DNA of 64,000 bases from Octopus sinensis (GCF_006345805.1 NC_042999.1:125426001-125490000); one strand, 5' to 3'; numbered from the stretch's first letter, positions 24,225 through 37,521 are shown. Notes: generated from the letters alone by a model not told the origin. Translations and numbers: made by a program.

Positions 24225-25529
24225 CTGTAACAAAAGATCAAATCAATAATTTTATATTCCCTTTGATGTCAACTGTCTATTTCTACAACATTTATCTATG
24301 GAAAGCATTATAAATTACAAACATGATGCATATTGCTTTTATTTATTTTAATTTTTCAAATAAAATTAAATGAAAATATTTTTCCATAGTAGCTTGTGTT
24401 CCACAAGTTTCTCATTTGACTGGAAGAGTAGTATTTATAATTGAATGTTCTGTCTAAAACCAGAGACAGAGCCTATATGCTAAGTAGAACAGAGGAGGTT
24501 AGTAAAGCGATGTACTTTATACAGACACAACACAATAAATAAATCTTAACATATAGGATGCAGCTTCCAAAATTAAGTGGTGCTCCAAAGCAAACCAAAC
24601 TTATAGTTCAGTATGTATGAAACAATGTTGAATGAATATTAATGTGATTGATTATCTTAGTTAATGATTATGATTGGTTATTTAGGTTAATGAATGTCAG
24701 TCACTGTACAAATGCTTGCTGTAGTAATTAACAAAAAGAAGAAAAAAAATCAACTAAAAGAACATTTAAATATTTTGGGAAATTAAAAGGAGTCACAGTG
24801 CTTCTTCATTTAACCCTTTAGCATTCAAACCAGCCATATCCAGGCCCAAATATTCTGTTTCTTTTTTGTTCAAACTGGCCAGGTCCAGCCTCTCACACCA
24901 ATCCTACAATGTCACTCTAAAAATAAACAATCATATCATTGAAATCTCTAAGCAATGAGATAATGCATGATTAATTCAAAACAATGTGAATTTTTATTCA
25001 CAAGCCTTATATTTGATTGCATGGGTCAGACAAGAGTATGTAAAAGCAGAGATTTTCTACAGCTGGATGCCTTTTCAGTTGCTAACCCCACTTGTTTCCA
25101 AATGAGCTAATTAATAATCTCCTCATCTATGGAGCAGTTGAATCAATTTTCTGAATATTACTGGTACTTATTTTATCAGCCATGAAGGGATGAAAGGACA
25201 AGTTAACACTAGAGAGATTAGAAGTTAAAGGGACAAAACTAAATACTTCAAGGTCATTTAATCCAACTCTTCAACATTTGTAAGTCTAAAGACAGATTTT
25301 CAAGGGGGGAGAAATAGTAAATTGTGAATATCTTATCACTTTCAAGGACTATAGTGAGATAAATAAAATAAAATCATAAACAAAAATTATAGAATTACTT
25401 ATATGATCACAATAGCTGAAAGCTACTGTATGAGAATAACAACCATATAAGAAATAAATACAGAAGACACAAAAAAATTAGAAAGATATAGTTATGCTTT
25501 AACAGCATAAGAGTTAAAGCTAACTTGCC

Positions 25530-25743
25530 TTAACCCTTTAGCAATTAAACCAGTCATATCAGCTCAAATATTCTACCTGTTTAATGTTCAAGTTGACCAG
25601 AGATGGCCTCTCATACATGCTCTACAATGTCATTCTGAAAATAATCACATTACTACAGTTATGAGACAGTACATGATTAATTCAAAAGAATGTGATTAAA
25701 TAAGCATTACATTTGACAGAGTAATGTGAATGTCAAGTGTTAA
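25530..25743. mobile_element. piggyBac-like MITE
   Basis: TTAA-CCCTTT...AAGTG-TTAA ends. A truncated homologous copy lies at 24810-24990. Confidence 0.6.
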
Positions 25744-26378
25744 ATCATTCCTCATTCCATTAAACTACTGAGCAAAACTTATATGTATAAATTATCTAAA
25801 CCTAGACGTGTTAAGACTGGTTCCTCTGGTGGTGTCACGTAAAAGCACCTGTGTGGCACCGTGTAAAAGTGCCCATGCAACGCCACATAAAAGCACCCAT
25901 GTAGCGCCATGCAAAAGTGCCCATGCAGTGCCTCATAAAAACACATAGCACACACTGTAAAGTGGTTAGGAAGGACATTCAGCCATGGAAACCATGCGAA
26001 ATCAGACTGGAGTCTGGTGCAGCTCCCCAGCTTGTCAGCTCTGGTCAAACCATCCAACTCATGGACAATGGATGTTTGCCAGTATGTAAAGCAGAAGTCA
26101 AGAAGTTAAATGATGATGATGATGATGATGATGGGAGAGGATAAACTTAAGAACCACCATGGGCAGCACAGAGCAAAGCTGCACAACCAAATGGCTTATG
26201 TTTAAAATTAAATCATCTGTTTAGAAACAGAATTATCTAAGATAATGGGGGAAATAACATAAATAATAATGATTGTTTCTAATATTGGCACAAGGCCTGA
26301 CATTTTGGAGGACAAGACTGGTCAATTTAATCCACCCCAGTACTTGAGTGGTACTTTTATTTTATTGACACCCTACAG

Positions 26379-27063
26379 CAGTGGTTCTCAACTTAGGATC
26401 CATATAAAATTTTGGGGAGGTCTATACAAGCAAAATAGTAAATTGGAGATCCACAATAGTATTTTAAGGGTCCATGAAAAAGTTTTGCTTTTGATATATT
26501 TATTGCAAGAAACAGCTGAATTTCTTTCTCTAATGTTTTGCATAGTTTAACGTATTTCCAACTACTGAAACATGTTCTTTCAGTGCAAGTGAACATGTGA
26601 AAAACAAAATTGGAATTTTGAAAGACATATCAATAAATCTAATTTTTAAACACTGAATGATTATGGGGGTCCACCAGAATAAAATAGCAATCAATGGGAT
26701 TCATAGATAAAATGGTTGAGAAACCTTCCCCTAAAGCAGTGGTTCTCAACCGAGGTCTATATAAGATTTTGGGGGGTCCACACAACTAACTGGTAAATTG
26801 GTTATCCACAATAGTATTTTAAGAGCCCCTGAAATGTTTGAAATGTATGTATTGGTACATGTTGCAAGAAATAGCTAGGATTCTTTCCTTAACATTTTAC
26901 ATAGTACAATCTACACAAGTTAATGTGTGAAAAGCAAAATAGGAATTTTGAAAATAGTTTCTATAAAGCTAGTTTTTTAACACTGAATGGCTACAGGGGT
27001 GCACCAAAATAAAATAGCACTCAAAAGGGTAGATAGGTTAAAAAAAACAATTGAGAAACCCTC
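26379..27063 (+). mobile_element. Two tandem hAT-type MITEs inside a SINE-B fragment
   Basis: Each copy starts CAGTGGTTCTCAAC and ends TTGAGAAACCYTC. The 8-bp CCCTA(C/A)AG occurs at 26371-26378, 26729-26736 and 27064-27071. Confidence 0.75.
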
Positions 27064-28614
27064 CCCTAAAGGATGAAAAGTAAAGCTGACCTCAGCAGAA
27101 ATAAATGTCTCAATAGTTTAACTCTACAACAGCAGTCAGTGTTCAGACGATATCCGTCTTTCTCAGATTGTGTGTTTAAATGAGAAATGGTCAGCAAAAA
27201 CAAACCTGTGATACACATATGTGTGACAGTGATAATAATTTTACAGAATTTATATATTTAGAATTAAATTGTTCTACTACAGAAACAGAAAATTATTTAA
27301 ATTGTCCTATATTACAGTAGCCAGTGGGCGTTATAGTTTTTTTTATCAATAAATATATTTTTTAACTACCCAAAATTGTTTATACACAATGCCATGCACT
27401 TAAGATTGGAAAATAAGGACAATTTATGCATCTGTTATTGACAATAAACATGCTACTATTTGCACTACAGCTGGCTCATAGCTTTCGCTTTTCCAAATTT
27501 CTGTACAACTGTCTATCTGTTATACTGTAAATACGCAGACCAAACATCTCGAGAGAGATGACAAATTCCAAATGACATGTTTTGTGTGGTTTTAAACAGT
27601 ATTTCCACTTCATCTTATCAACATCAAAGCTTCCAGATTGATGACAAGGAAATTATGAAATACATCAGCTTTCCCTAGAATACACACACATTTATGGCAC
27701 AATGTCACAGTGTGCTGACAAGAAATTTCATGCAAATCAGTCAAGTCACCTTTCTTTAGATACAGCTTACAATGTCTGTGTGAGGTCATAAATCTCATCT
27801 AGAATTTGTTACAGTTTAGCCATACAGTTATATTTCTTCCACCAATGTCTAATATTTTCATCTTGAACACCTATTACAAGAAAAATTGTCACATACTATA
27901 CAGCTTATGAACGACTTAATTCTGAGAAAGAGTATATCTTTTACTCATTTCAGTCACTGGACTGTGGCTATGCTGGGGCACTCCCCTGGGGGGCTTTAGT
28001 CAAACAAATTGACTCCAGTACTTTTGTTTAAATCTGGTACTCACTCTATCAGTCTCTTTTGCTGAACTACTAAATTATGAAGATGTAAACAACCCAATGC
28101 CAGTGTTGTGTGGTGGTAAGGGATAAACACAAGCATACACACATTTGTATGGCTATGAAAGATACTTGCCCAAGGTACCAAGCAGTGGGACTGAACCTGG
28201 AACCATGTGGTTGGAAAGCAAACTTATCACACAGCCACATTTATGCATGATTAGAATGTATGCTCCTAGAAAGAGCATACATCTGATAACAAAACAATCA
28301 CAATTTGATTCCACCATTACTCCTCTGATAAAGTCTCATTCAACTTTGACTCAACCATAACCACCCCAAAACTCTCAAATCAGAGTGTGTGCGTATGTGT
28401 GTGTGTGTGTGTGTGTGTGTACATACATGTGCACGCATGTGTGCATAGATGTGAGACATCTATAAAAAAATGACCTAGTTGGGTAGATTTGGCAATGAGT
28501 ACTGGAAGAAAATCATGTTATAGACCATAATAATATACTTTATTTTCTCCAGAAGTTACAATCCTATAATTATTTTCGTGTAAGACATTATGACATCTAC
28601 TTTTAACTATGGTG

Positions 28615-28658
<44 letters not shown>

Positions 28659-29879
28659 TATATATACACATACATACACACACATACTTACATATTGACA
28701 CACACAAGCATGGTTTTATGGCCACTTGAGTGCCCAATCATATATATATACATATATCCCCCATGAAAAGAATAATAATGTGGATAAAAAAGTGACAATG
28801 GAACTTAGTGGATGTCAGTGACTATAGAGAGGGCATCACTTGGTCTTAAACAAAATAGATTGTGTTGAATGGTGTACAGATGACACAATATTTATATATC
28901 CTTAATAGTATATTTTAATAGATATAAGAAATGTCTTGCTTTGTGATTTTTGCAGTGTGATACACTGCTTTTAATTTGATTTCCTTAGAAAATAAAAGGT
29001 TTACAAACTGTTTAACAGTGTCTGGTTTGGTTTATCTTTTTAGCAGTGTACACTGAGATATTCCACATACACTTAAGTATAAATACAAAGGAGTGCATAT
29101 GTTTGAAGAGGGGAAGCAAATGAGCTGGCAGTGATTGAGTGAAAGTTTCATGAAACCAGCCGGCTTTGAGGAGCAAAAAACCACTCTAGTAGCAACAGAA
29201 TGAGAAGACAACACATTTATGGAACAGAGGGATGTCTGTATGTAGATCTCACTCAAACTTTGTAGGCAATAATTAGTAGTTGAAGGCTGAAATTTTTCTG
29301 GCCTAGTAAAAGATCTTTGTGATTTTGTTTTCACTAAGTTGAGGTCTTCCATGATAGAGATTAAATGGACATATTGCAACATCTACTATATAATAGAGAG
29401 AGTACAGAGGTACTTTTAGCAAAGCGAGAATTAACAAGTTCAATGAGAAAGTTAGGGTGCTACTGTACATAAGATCTAAGTTTTCAGTTCCTTTCTCTTC
29501 AGGTTAAAGCAGAGGAGTTTATGATTAGTTGCCCACAGGCCCATTGCCAGACTTTGGAGACTGGGGGTGCTTCAGAATATTCTGGGTGGGCACTAATTTG
29601 TATTGCAAGATTTTTGTAAACTGTATTTTCTAAATCTGAGGGTGCACCATTGAATAGTGAAGGGCAGTGCCATCCTTAGCAACAGGCATGGTTGTCCATG
29701 GATATTCTTGTATGCCAGTGACCTAATCCTCATAGCATAATTAAAGATTTAGAGTAAATTCCAAACTTGAAAGCAAGCCCCTAGAATTGAGAGATCTCAA
29801 AATATATCTTACAGGGAGGCAAGTTTTAGTTAAGAAGAACAGTAGGACCCTACAACCATTGGGAAAATATCCATGTTTG

Positions 29880-30620
29880 ATATGAAGGGAAAATAGTTGA
29901 GTGAACCCAGAACTCAATATACATACACAAAATACAGTAAGAATACAGGCAGGCAGGTAGGAAAGGTAGACATCATATATGTCAGGTGCACAAGAGTAGC
30001 TTAGAAGTAGACATACATAAGATAAATTCTTCCTAGAAGTAGATAACTTTCAATACCTCAATGACCTAACTGACAGTGGAGGTAAGTATTTTGAATGCAT
30101 AATTGCCACAGTAAGAATATAGTGGAAAAAGTTCAGGGATCTATTATCTCTGTTGATAAGAAAAATTTCTCTCAGCATGAAGAGCAAATGCTTATATATG
30201 AGGTGCAATGTCACAGGGATAGCAAGACATGGGCTTTAAATGTAAAGAATTTGAGAAAGTTGAAAAGAAATCAAGCAAACATATTCCACTGGATGTGTAA
30301 TGTTAGTGTGCATGAACAATGAAGCACAAATGGATATAAGAGGATTCAGATGTAGCATACAATAGAAAAGACTACATTTGTATGTGTCTATGATGTGTAC
30401 AGAGAATACCATTTGTATAGAGAAGTGATGAACAATTGAACTGGATGGAACCTGTGGAAGAGAGAGGTCAAAGAAAACAAGTGATGAATATTGATCTCAA
30501 GAGGCTGATCTTTACAAAGAAGATAACAAAGGATTACAACTTGTGGCAACATGATTTTCTGGAGAAGACCCGCTTAACATATGCAAACATAGAAAAAACA
30601 AAACCGATGGCAGTGATGGT
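29880..30620 (+). mobile_element. Old RTE 3' ORF fragment in CTDP1 intron 1
   Basis: Degenerate translation WALNVKNLRKLKRNQANIFHWMCNVSVH, similar to WAMTAEDMRKLARNEASMLRWMCNVSVH. Confidence 0.65.
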
Positions 30621-31502
30621 GATGGAGGTTGAGATGTATATCTATGTTTGACTCATTCCTGAGCTTTATGTTCAAATTATGTCTCCTTATGGTGTTCTCA
30701 TTCTCTTTTTGTTACTCTCTTATCTATCACTCACTTCTCTTCTATCAATGTGTGTCCCTACACACAACCTGCCTCCCTTCCATCACACTATCTTAGTATA
30801 GAGGAATATCTCCAATGATGAGACAACTTCTGGTACTGGTGAATGAATGATGACAATGTAGAGTATAGAGGTATCTTTAATATTACCAGGGAGACAACAA
30901 TATCTCTAATGCTGGTACCATGAGAAGATACACTTAGACTTAGAAAGTGTATCCAGTTATAAAAAACATGCCAAAAATGACCATACAAGTGAGATGTGTT
31001 TTCTGACTCATCTAGCAGGGCAGTAATTCCAGATAAGAATTGACTTAGTCTGCAGTGACCCTCTGTCCCTTACCAGCATGGAAAAGTAGACAAAAAATGA
31101 TTGCATAACCAAAACCCCTACTTTTTACCAGGCTAATTGAATTTTTTTTATGGTTGAACATGTTTTCTAGCATCAGCTAGCAAGATGGTATGGACTAATT
31201 ATATGTATAATATTAACAAACTAAGGGGGAAATCTAATTTCTAACACTAACTACTGTGATGGAAGAGATTTCTAAATAAAGTTAATGCTCAGTTTAAGCT
31301 TCTAAAGATCAATAAACAGAGAACATAAAAGGAAGGAATAAGGAAAAGTGCTGAGTGCTGGATCAGGCGTTGAGAAACAGGAGTGGTGTTAGCGGAAGAC
31401 GGGAGTAAAACAAGAGTTGTAAATACATGGTCAAAAAGAGTTCTGAAGAATGATGAAGATAATGGTAGCAATAGTAAAAATAAGAGGATACATCCTCTCA
31501 AT

Positions 31503-32479
31503 AAGTACGTGGGAAAAGCTATTCAAGTGTGCCCCCACCCACACCTCGATTTTGTTTCCTCATAACTTTAAAAAAAAATGGGTATTTTTTAATGAAATTT
31601 TCTACAAACACCTTTCAGAGTGTGTAGACTACGAATATATTGGAATTTGAAATGAAAAAAAATGGTGGATCACACACAAATATACAGACACACATATATC
31701 ACATATATCTAGAAATAGATGCAGGCACGACTGTGTGGTAAGTATCTTGCTTACCGACCAATATGGTTCTGGGTTCAGTCCCACTGCATGGCACCTTGGG
31801 CCAGTGTTTTCTATTATAGCCTCGTGCCAACTAAAGCCTTGTGAGTGGATTTGGTAGAGGGAAACTGTAAGAAGCCCGTCGTATATATATGTATGTATGT
31901 GTGTCTGTATTTGTCCTTCCATCATCGCTTGACAACCGATGTTGGTGTGTTTACGTCCCCGTAACTTAGCAGTTCGACAAAAGAGATCGATAAGAAAAGT
32001 ACTAGGCTTCCAAAGAATAAGTCCTATGGTCGATTTGTTCGACTAAATGAGGTGCTCCAGCATGGCTGCAGTCAAATGACTGAAACAAAAGAATAAATTG
32101 AAACTAGAAATTTCGAAAAATTTGTTACGTGTGTCAGTATCTATGTTTGTGTGTGCTCACCATTTTTCTTTTCACATCAACTTCCTATATAATCGTACTT
32201 TACCAACTCTGAAAGGTACTTAAAGATTTCACTAAAAAAAATACCCATCTTTTTGAAAATTATAAGGAAACAAAGCCAACTCGTATAAATTTTCTGAAAT
32301 TCCTCTCCCCTCTCTCACTCCCGGAAAACTTTTTTCACAACAAATTCCGATATGATCGGAATCTACACGATCTGAAGCGTAACTGTAGAAAATTTCATTA
32401 AAAATATCCATTTTTCTGGAAGTTATGAGGAAGCAAAGTTTGGCGGGGGCACACTTATGTAGGTATGTCAGCACGTGTT
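31503..32479. mobile_element. Palindromic/foldback element with repeated arm units, split by SINE-A
   Basis: 31505-31690 is inversely homologous to both 32130-32280 and 32310-32479. Confidence 0.55.
31717..32096 (+). mobile_element. SINE-A copy inserted in a palindromic element
   Basis: Colinear homology to 38654-39076. Confidence 0.8.
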
Positions 32480-34701
32480 CAATAATTCTTGAATATTATT
32501 TCTAGGACAGTAAGCTTGGCAGAGTCGAAATGTTTCTATACTTATTTGAGTGTTGATCTTTCGCTTTCAATTTCACTTTCATTTCAAAAGAATTGAAAAT
32601 AAATGGTGTTAAATTTTATCCTATATTTATTGGAAGTTTCTGAAGTTCCTTCCAAGAAACAAAAGCGTACCAAACACCAAGATTTCAATATAATGGGGAA
32701 AATAATTATTTTTGAATATGAATGACACTAATAGACTATCGCAGCTATTACGAGAAATTGTAGTTATATAGGAGGAAAAAGAGGATTACTTCCACACAAC
32801 TCGGGATACAAGAATATAAGAGAATTGATTTGGGGTTGAAAAAGTACCTGGGTTTTAAAAAACGTATTTTAATCGTATATATAAAAATAAAATAAGATAA
32901 AAATTTAAAGGAAAGTCTTTTGAATTTTCATCTTATTTTTTTATTTACAATTCAAAAACAAACAAAAAAATGTCGAAACCAATATAGTATTGTAATATAT
33001 TTTTAAAAAACTAAAATTTGTTTTAAAACCCGGGTGCATTTTCAACCACAAACCTATATTAGAGAGAGAGAAAAGAGAGCTGGGGTACTTAGAACTGTCT
33101 CCTAATATATTCACACTTTTGCACTGTATTTGAATTTAAAACCCGAAAAAATTAAAATCCACTATCCCTCTAGCCATAAAAAATAGATTTTTAACTTTCG
33201 CGCGTAAGTTGCAGGAGAGACAGTTAATTTTACCATTCAGCCTTCAACCAAACAAAATCGGTACCAGTCATAATATGAAATCAATGAACAATTTTCCCTT
33301 CCCTTGCAAAACTGGCCTTGTATCTTATTGCATGTATATAAGAATAGGACCAATTAAAGAATATCAACCACGGTAATTAACAGGATACCTGTCCCTAATT
33401 ACAAAAATACCGTTGTCACTAATTACAAAAATACAGTTGTAGATATGTATAATTGTGTGTCACAGTGAGTTGTCTAATACATATATCAACGAAAACAGTC
33501 ATCTGCAGTCACTGAGTTTTGTGATAAATGGATACTGTAACGGTTTTACGTATATTGCCATGGGCGTCGAGTTCGCTACCCATGCTATTGAATATTATTG
33601 TGTGTGTATGCAATGCATACATACATGTGAGTTTAACGCTTCGATAGATATCCGTCAATACACATGAATACATGTTTAAACATTGTTTTTACTACAGGAA
33701 GCACAAGACTATTTCTCAGCGAAAAGTATATAACCAGTGCTCTCAATACAGTAATATTATCACTGGAAATTAGTTTATTGTTACTAGAATCGTACGTAAT
33801 CCAACAGAATGTTGTTTTTTTAAATTGGAACCATATCACCAGTAATCCCGCCTTTAATCTTTATAAAATTTACACTTATCTGAAGTGATGTCACTCGTCC
33901 TACAATAAATATTTCAAACAGTTGTTGCATTTTACCCTTATGGAAAACATTAGTATCACGATTTCCCGTTTTATCTTCCCGTGCACTTCATATCTATGTA
34001 AAGAAAGATGATCTCAAATTAGCACGAAGACTCGATTATTCTTAGAAAGTAGGGTAAATGAGAAATACAATGTTCAAGCATTTCTACATCCATGAGACAA
34101 TCTAAACTGAGATCGAAACTTGTTGAAAATTCAATTCATTGAGAAATATGGTAAATCGTGTCTTTAATCTGTGAGGGCCAGCGACGGTTATGAGCACTTC
34201 TCTGACTAGCATCTATTAATAACAATAACCGCCAATAGGGGTTTCTAAATTTACCACAAGGTAACAAATTTAGAACTGGGTGCAGTTGATTAAATCCATA
34301 TCAGTACTTGATTGGTATTTGTTTTATAGTATCCCGAAATGAAAAGTCGACCCCGGCGGAAACCAGGCCTTTCTGTACAAGGAAATAAAAAAGGGAAAAG
34401 TCGACTAAGAAAATTTGAGTCTATTACAGGTTATTTAATCGACCTCGCTTTGATGTTGAAGAAAATCGAGTTTGGCGCTATCATTATAATAATTCCACAA
34501 TGTTAACGATTCATCGAGCGAGAAGCAACTCGTTAACATCTAAAAATATGCTTTCGGTAACACGAAGAGGTTGTAAACAGGTCATGTACACATGCAAACG
34601 TCGCTACCCAACCACACATAGAAGACATAAAAACACACACACGCGCGTATTTATAGATTACTGTAATGATCAAAACATATAGAAGAAAACAAACGACTCA
34701 C

Positions 34702-34970
34702 CCTTTTTCTAAATCTTGTCCCTCTTGGGCAACGACTTCTAAAACTGTGCCAACATGGCTTGATTTCAGTTTCTGCAGACTAACAGTGTCGTCATCCTTT
34801 ATATTACAAATGTTTTCTTCGTCTGGAGGTTTCTCACTGGTGTTTACTAATTTGTAAAATCCTAGAAGAGCTCCTTGAGATACTTTACTACCTTTCCGCA
34901 CCTTCCATTTCATGATTCTAATGCGGCCAGGAGCCAGCACTTTGATAGTATTACTAGAACTCTCCGCCAT
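34702..34970 (-). CDS. CTDP1: CTDP1/FCP1 coding exon 1
   Basis: ATG at 34970 in a strong context (AAGATGG). Encodes MAESSSNTIKVLAPGRIRIMKWKVRKGSKVSQGALL...LKSSHVGTVLEVVAQEGQDLEK, the FCP1 N-terminal sandwich-barrel hybrid region. GTGAGT donor at 34701. Confidence 0.88.
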
Positions 34971-35830
34971 CTTTCAATCATCTCTTTCTCTCTCACTCCC
35001 TCTCTCTCTATTTTTTGCTCTTTCTCTCTTTGGTTCTATCTTACTCTTTCTATCACTTTCTCTCCCACTCTGTATTTCTTTTTTTCTTTTTTGCACTGTC
35101 TCTCTCTCTTTCTCTCTACGTTCCTGAAACGGTAAACGTTTTCTGTATGCGCGTTGTGTGAGCTGTTTTTGTCGTTCTTTGTGTATGTACACTTGTGTGC
35201 TTGACCTGTTAGAATGTGTGTGTGTGAGTGTGTATATATATATATACACACACACACACATATATATAAATATATAGTGAGAGAGAGAGGTGCGTGTGTT
35301 TATCAATATAAAATTATGCCTATGAATGTCTACTGCATTTATATTTCTTAAACCACCTACCAATGACGGTAGATTGTTTCTAATTAATGGTCACGTTAAC
35401 CGTTTTTGGCGATTTTTCGAACTTTGAACATATTATATGACAGACAAAAGAAAACAAACTGTTGTGGTTACAAAGTGAGAGGTAAATAAATAATTGTTAA
35501 TAATCCGTAAAATTCGTCAACAATCAATAATAAAGGCAACTTTCGTTTTATCGACGTAAAAACACGGAACTCAATAGTCAGGTACAATAAAATGAAAGTT
35601 TAAAAATATGTACTCCAGTAGTTGTTATGACTCAGCAACAAAATGAAACTAAAATGTTTTTCCTTTGAAACTTTCTATCGATATCAGAAGTACTTTGGTT
35701 GTTACTGTAGCTATATTACTAAGTAATATATGACTCGAGTTGCACAGCAGACGAATATATCGATGAGGCGTCTAGCCTCGCTTTGATACAGTAGCCTCGT
35801 TCTGAGCTACACCGTAGGAACTAGGCTCTG
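34971..35830 (-). promoter_or_regulatory. CTDP1: CTDP1 purine-rich 5' leader and CpG-retaining promoter region
   Basis: About 140-nt GA-rich stretch immediately upstream of the ATG, visibly high CG density, and no TE until about 35950. Confidence 0.45.
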
Positions 35831-35949
35831 GTCAAAGATACATGCCTTCTCTGCAGCTCCACTCGCAACTCACATGTTTATTGACCTCGACACAAGATAT
35901 GTGGTTCGTAAACGAAGATATTTTATCACACACATTTTCATCGTTTGCT

Positions 35950-36402
35950 AGAATAAGAATAGCCTGGGCAAAGTTCAGAGAGCTCTTACCTCTGCTGGTG
36001 ACAAAGGGTGTGCCAGAGCAGCTGACTGGTTTCCATGCCAGTGGCACATAAAAAGCCCCATTCGAGCGTGATCGTTACCAGCGTCACCTTACTGGCACCT
36101 GTGCCGGTGGCACGTGAAAAAACATTTGAGCGAGGTCGTTGCCAGTGCCACTGGATGGGCTCCTGTGCAGGTGGTACATAAAAAACACCATTTGAGCGTG
36201 GCCGTTGCCAGTACCGCCTGACTGGATCTCGTGCCGGTGGCACATAAAAAACACCCACTACACTCTCGGAGTGGTTGGCGTTAGGAAGGGCATCCAGCTG
36301 TAGATCAGAATGGAGCCTGGTGCAGCCATCTGGCTTGCCAGTCCTCAGTCAAATCGTCCGACCCATGCCAGCATGGAAAACGGACATTAAACGATGATGA
36401 TG
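35950..36402 (+). mobile_element. Internally deleted RTE (short ORF2 piece fused to the 3' UTR)
   Basis: RIRIAWAKFRELLPLLVTKG codons (35950-36008) joined directly to the RTE 3' UTR tandem units and (GAT)n tail. Confidence 0.75.
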
Positions 36403-36679
36403 TTCTCATTACACACATGCATACATACTGTAATACTTCTTTCAGTGCAAAAGCAAAAATCAGAACTTTCTTTGTATGTAAACACACATGTTTTTGTATC
36501 ATACTACATGCTTCCACCACAAAAGGTGAACACAGAATAAATAATATATTTATGCACAAAAATGTCTTATGGTGATTCATACTAACTTTTTTTACTTTTA
36601 ATAACATGCACTTGAACAGTCAACGACAGCCGCTATGAAAAGGTGGCCCCGATATAAAAATATTTATATATATACATGT

Positions 36680-37488
36680 ATCATCATCATCATCGTTTAA
36701 CGTCCGTTCTCCATGCTAGCATGGGTTGGACGGTTCGACCAGGGATCTGGGAAGCCAGAAGGCTGCACCAGGCTCCGGTCTTATCTGGCAAGGTTTCTAC
36801 AGCTGGATGCCCTTCCTAACGCCAACCACTCCGTGAGTGTAGTGGGTGCTTTTTACGTGCCACCTGAACTGGTGCTAGGCGAGGCTGGCATCGGCCACGG
36901 TCGGATTGGTGCATTTTACATGCCACCTGCACAGAAGCCAGTCGAGGTGGCACTGGCTTTGGCCACGATTCGGATGGTGCTTTTTACGTGCCACCGACAC
37001 GGAAGCCAGTCAAGGCAGCGCTGGCATCAGCCACGATTCGGATAGTGCTTTTTACGTATCTCCAGTCCAGGGGTCCTGGAATCTGCTGGGTGCCAGTCAT
37101 AGGATTGGTTCAATTTCGATTTCGATTTCACTTGCCCCAACAGGTCTTCGCAAGCATAGGTGCCTGTCGTCGGATGAGGTTGATATCGACTTCGCTTGCC
37201 TCAACAGGTCTTTGTGTGTTCAAGGGAGGAAAGGCATGCATAAGTGGGCTGGACTCACTTGTCCTGCCTGGTCTTTTCACGCACAGCATATTTCCAAAGG
37301 TCTCAGTCGCTGGTCATTTCCTCAGTGAGACCTAAAGTTCGAAGGTCGTGCTTCACCACCTCGTCCCAAGTTTTCCTGGGTCTACCTCTTCCACGGGTTC
37401 TCTCCACTGCTAGGGATTGGCACTTTTTCACACACCTATCTTCATCCATTCTCGTCACATGACCATACCAGCGCAATCGTCTCTCTTT
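36680..37488 (-). mobile_element. RTE LINE 3' end (ORF2 C-terminus, 3' UTR and (TGA)n tail)
   Basis: ERRLRWYGHVTRMDEDRCVKKCQSLAVERTRGRGRPRKTWDEVVKHDLRTLGL, tandem GTGGCACGTAAAAAGCAC units, tail at 36680-36693. Confidence 0.88.
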
Positions 37489-37489
37489 T

Positions 37490-37521
<32 letters not shown>

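Noticed and set aside
25825-25960. CRISPR-like or regulatory array of GTGGCAC-TAAAAGCAC units (also 36030-36260 and 36840-37060)
   Set aside because: These are the tandem units of the RTE 3' UTR, with no unique spacers, in a eukaryotic context.
83-34970. Functional cluster of two Mg-dependent phosphatases (ILKAP and CTDP1)
   Set aside because: Unrelated folds (PP2C versus HAD), tail-to-tail orientation and no shared regulatory sequence. Adjacency alone is not evidence.
35755-35830. snoRNA or hammerhead-like motif (CGATGA, GAGGC/GCCTC hairpin, CTGA)
   Set aside because: No GAAA after the hairpin, no terminal stem, and the C-to-D distance is too short for a C/D snoRNA.
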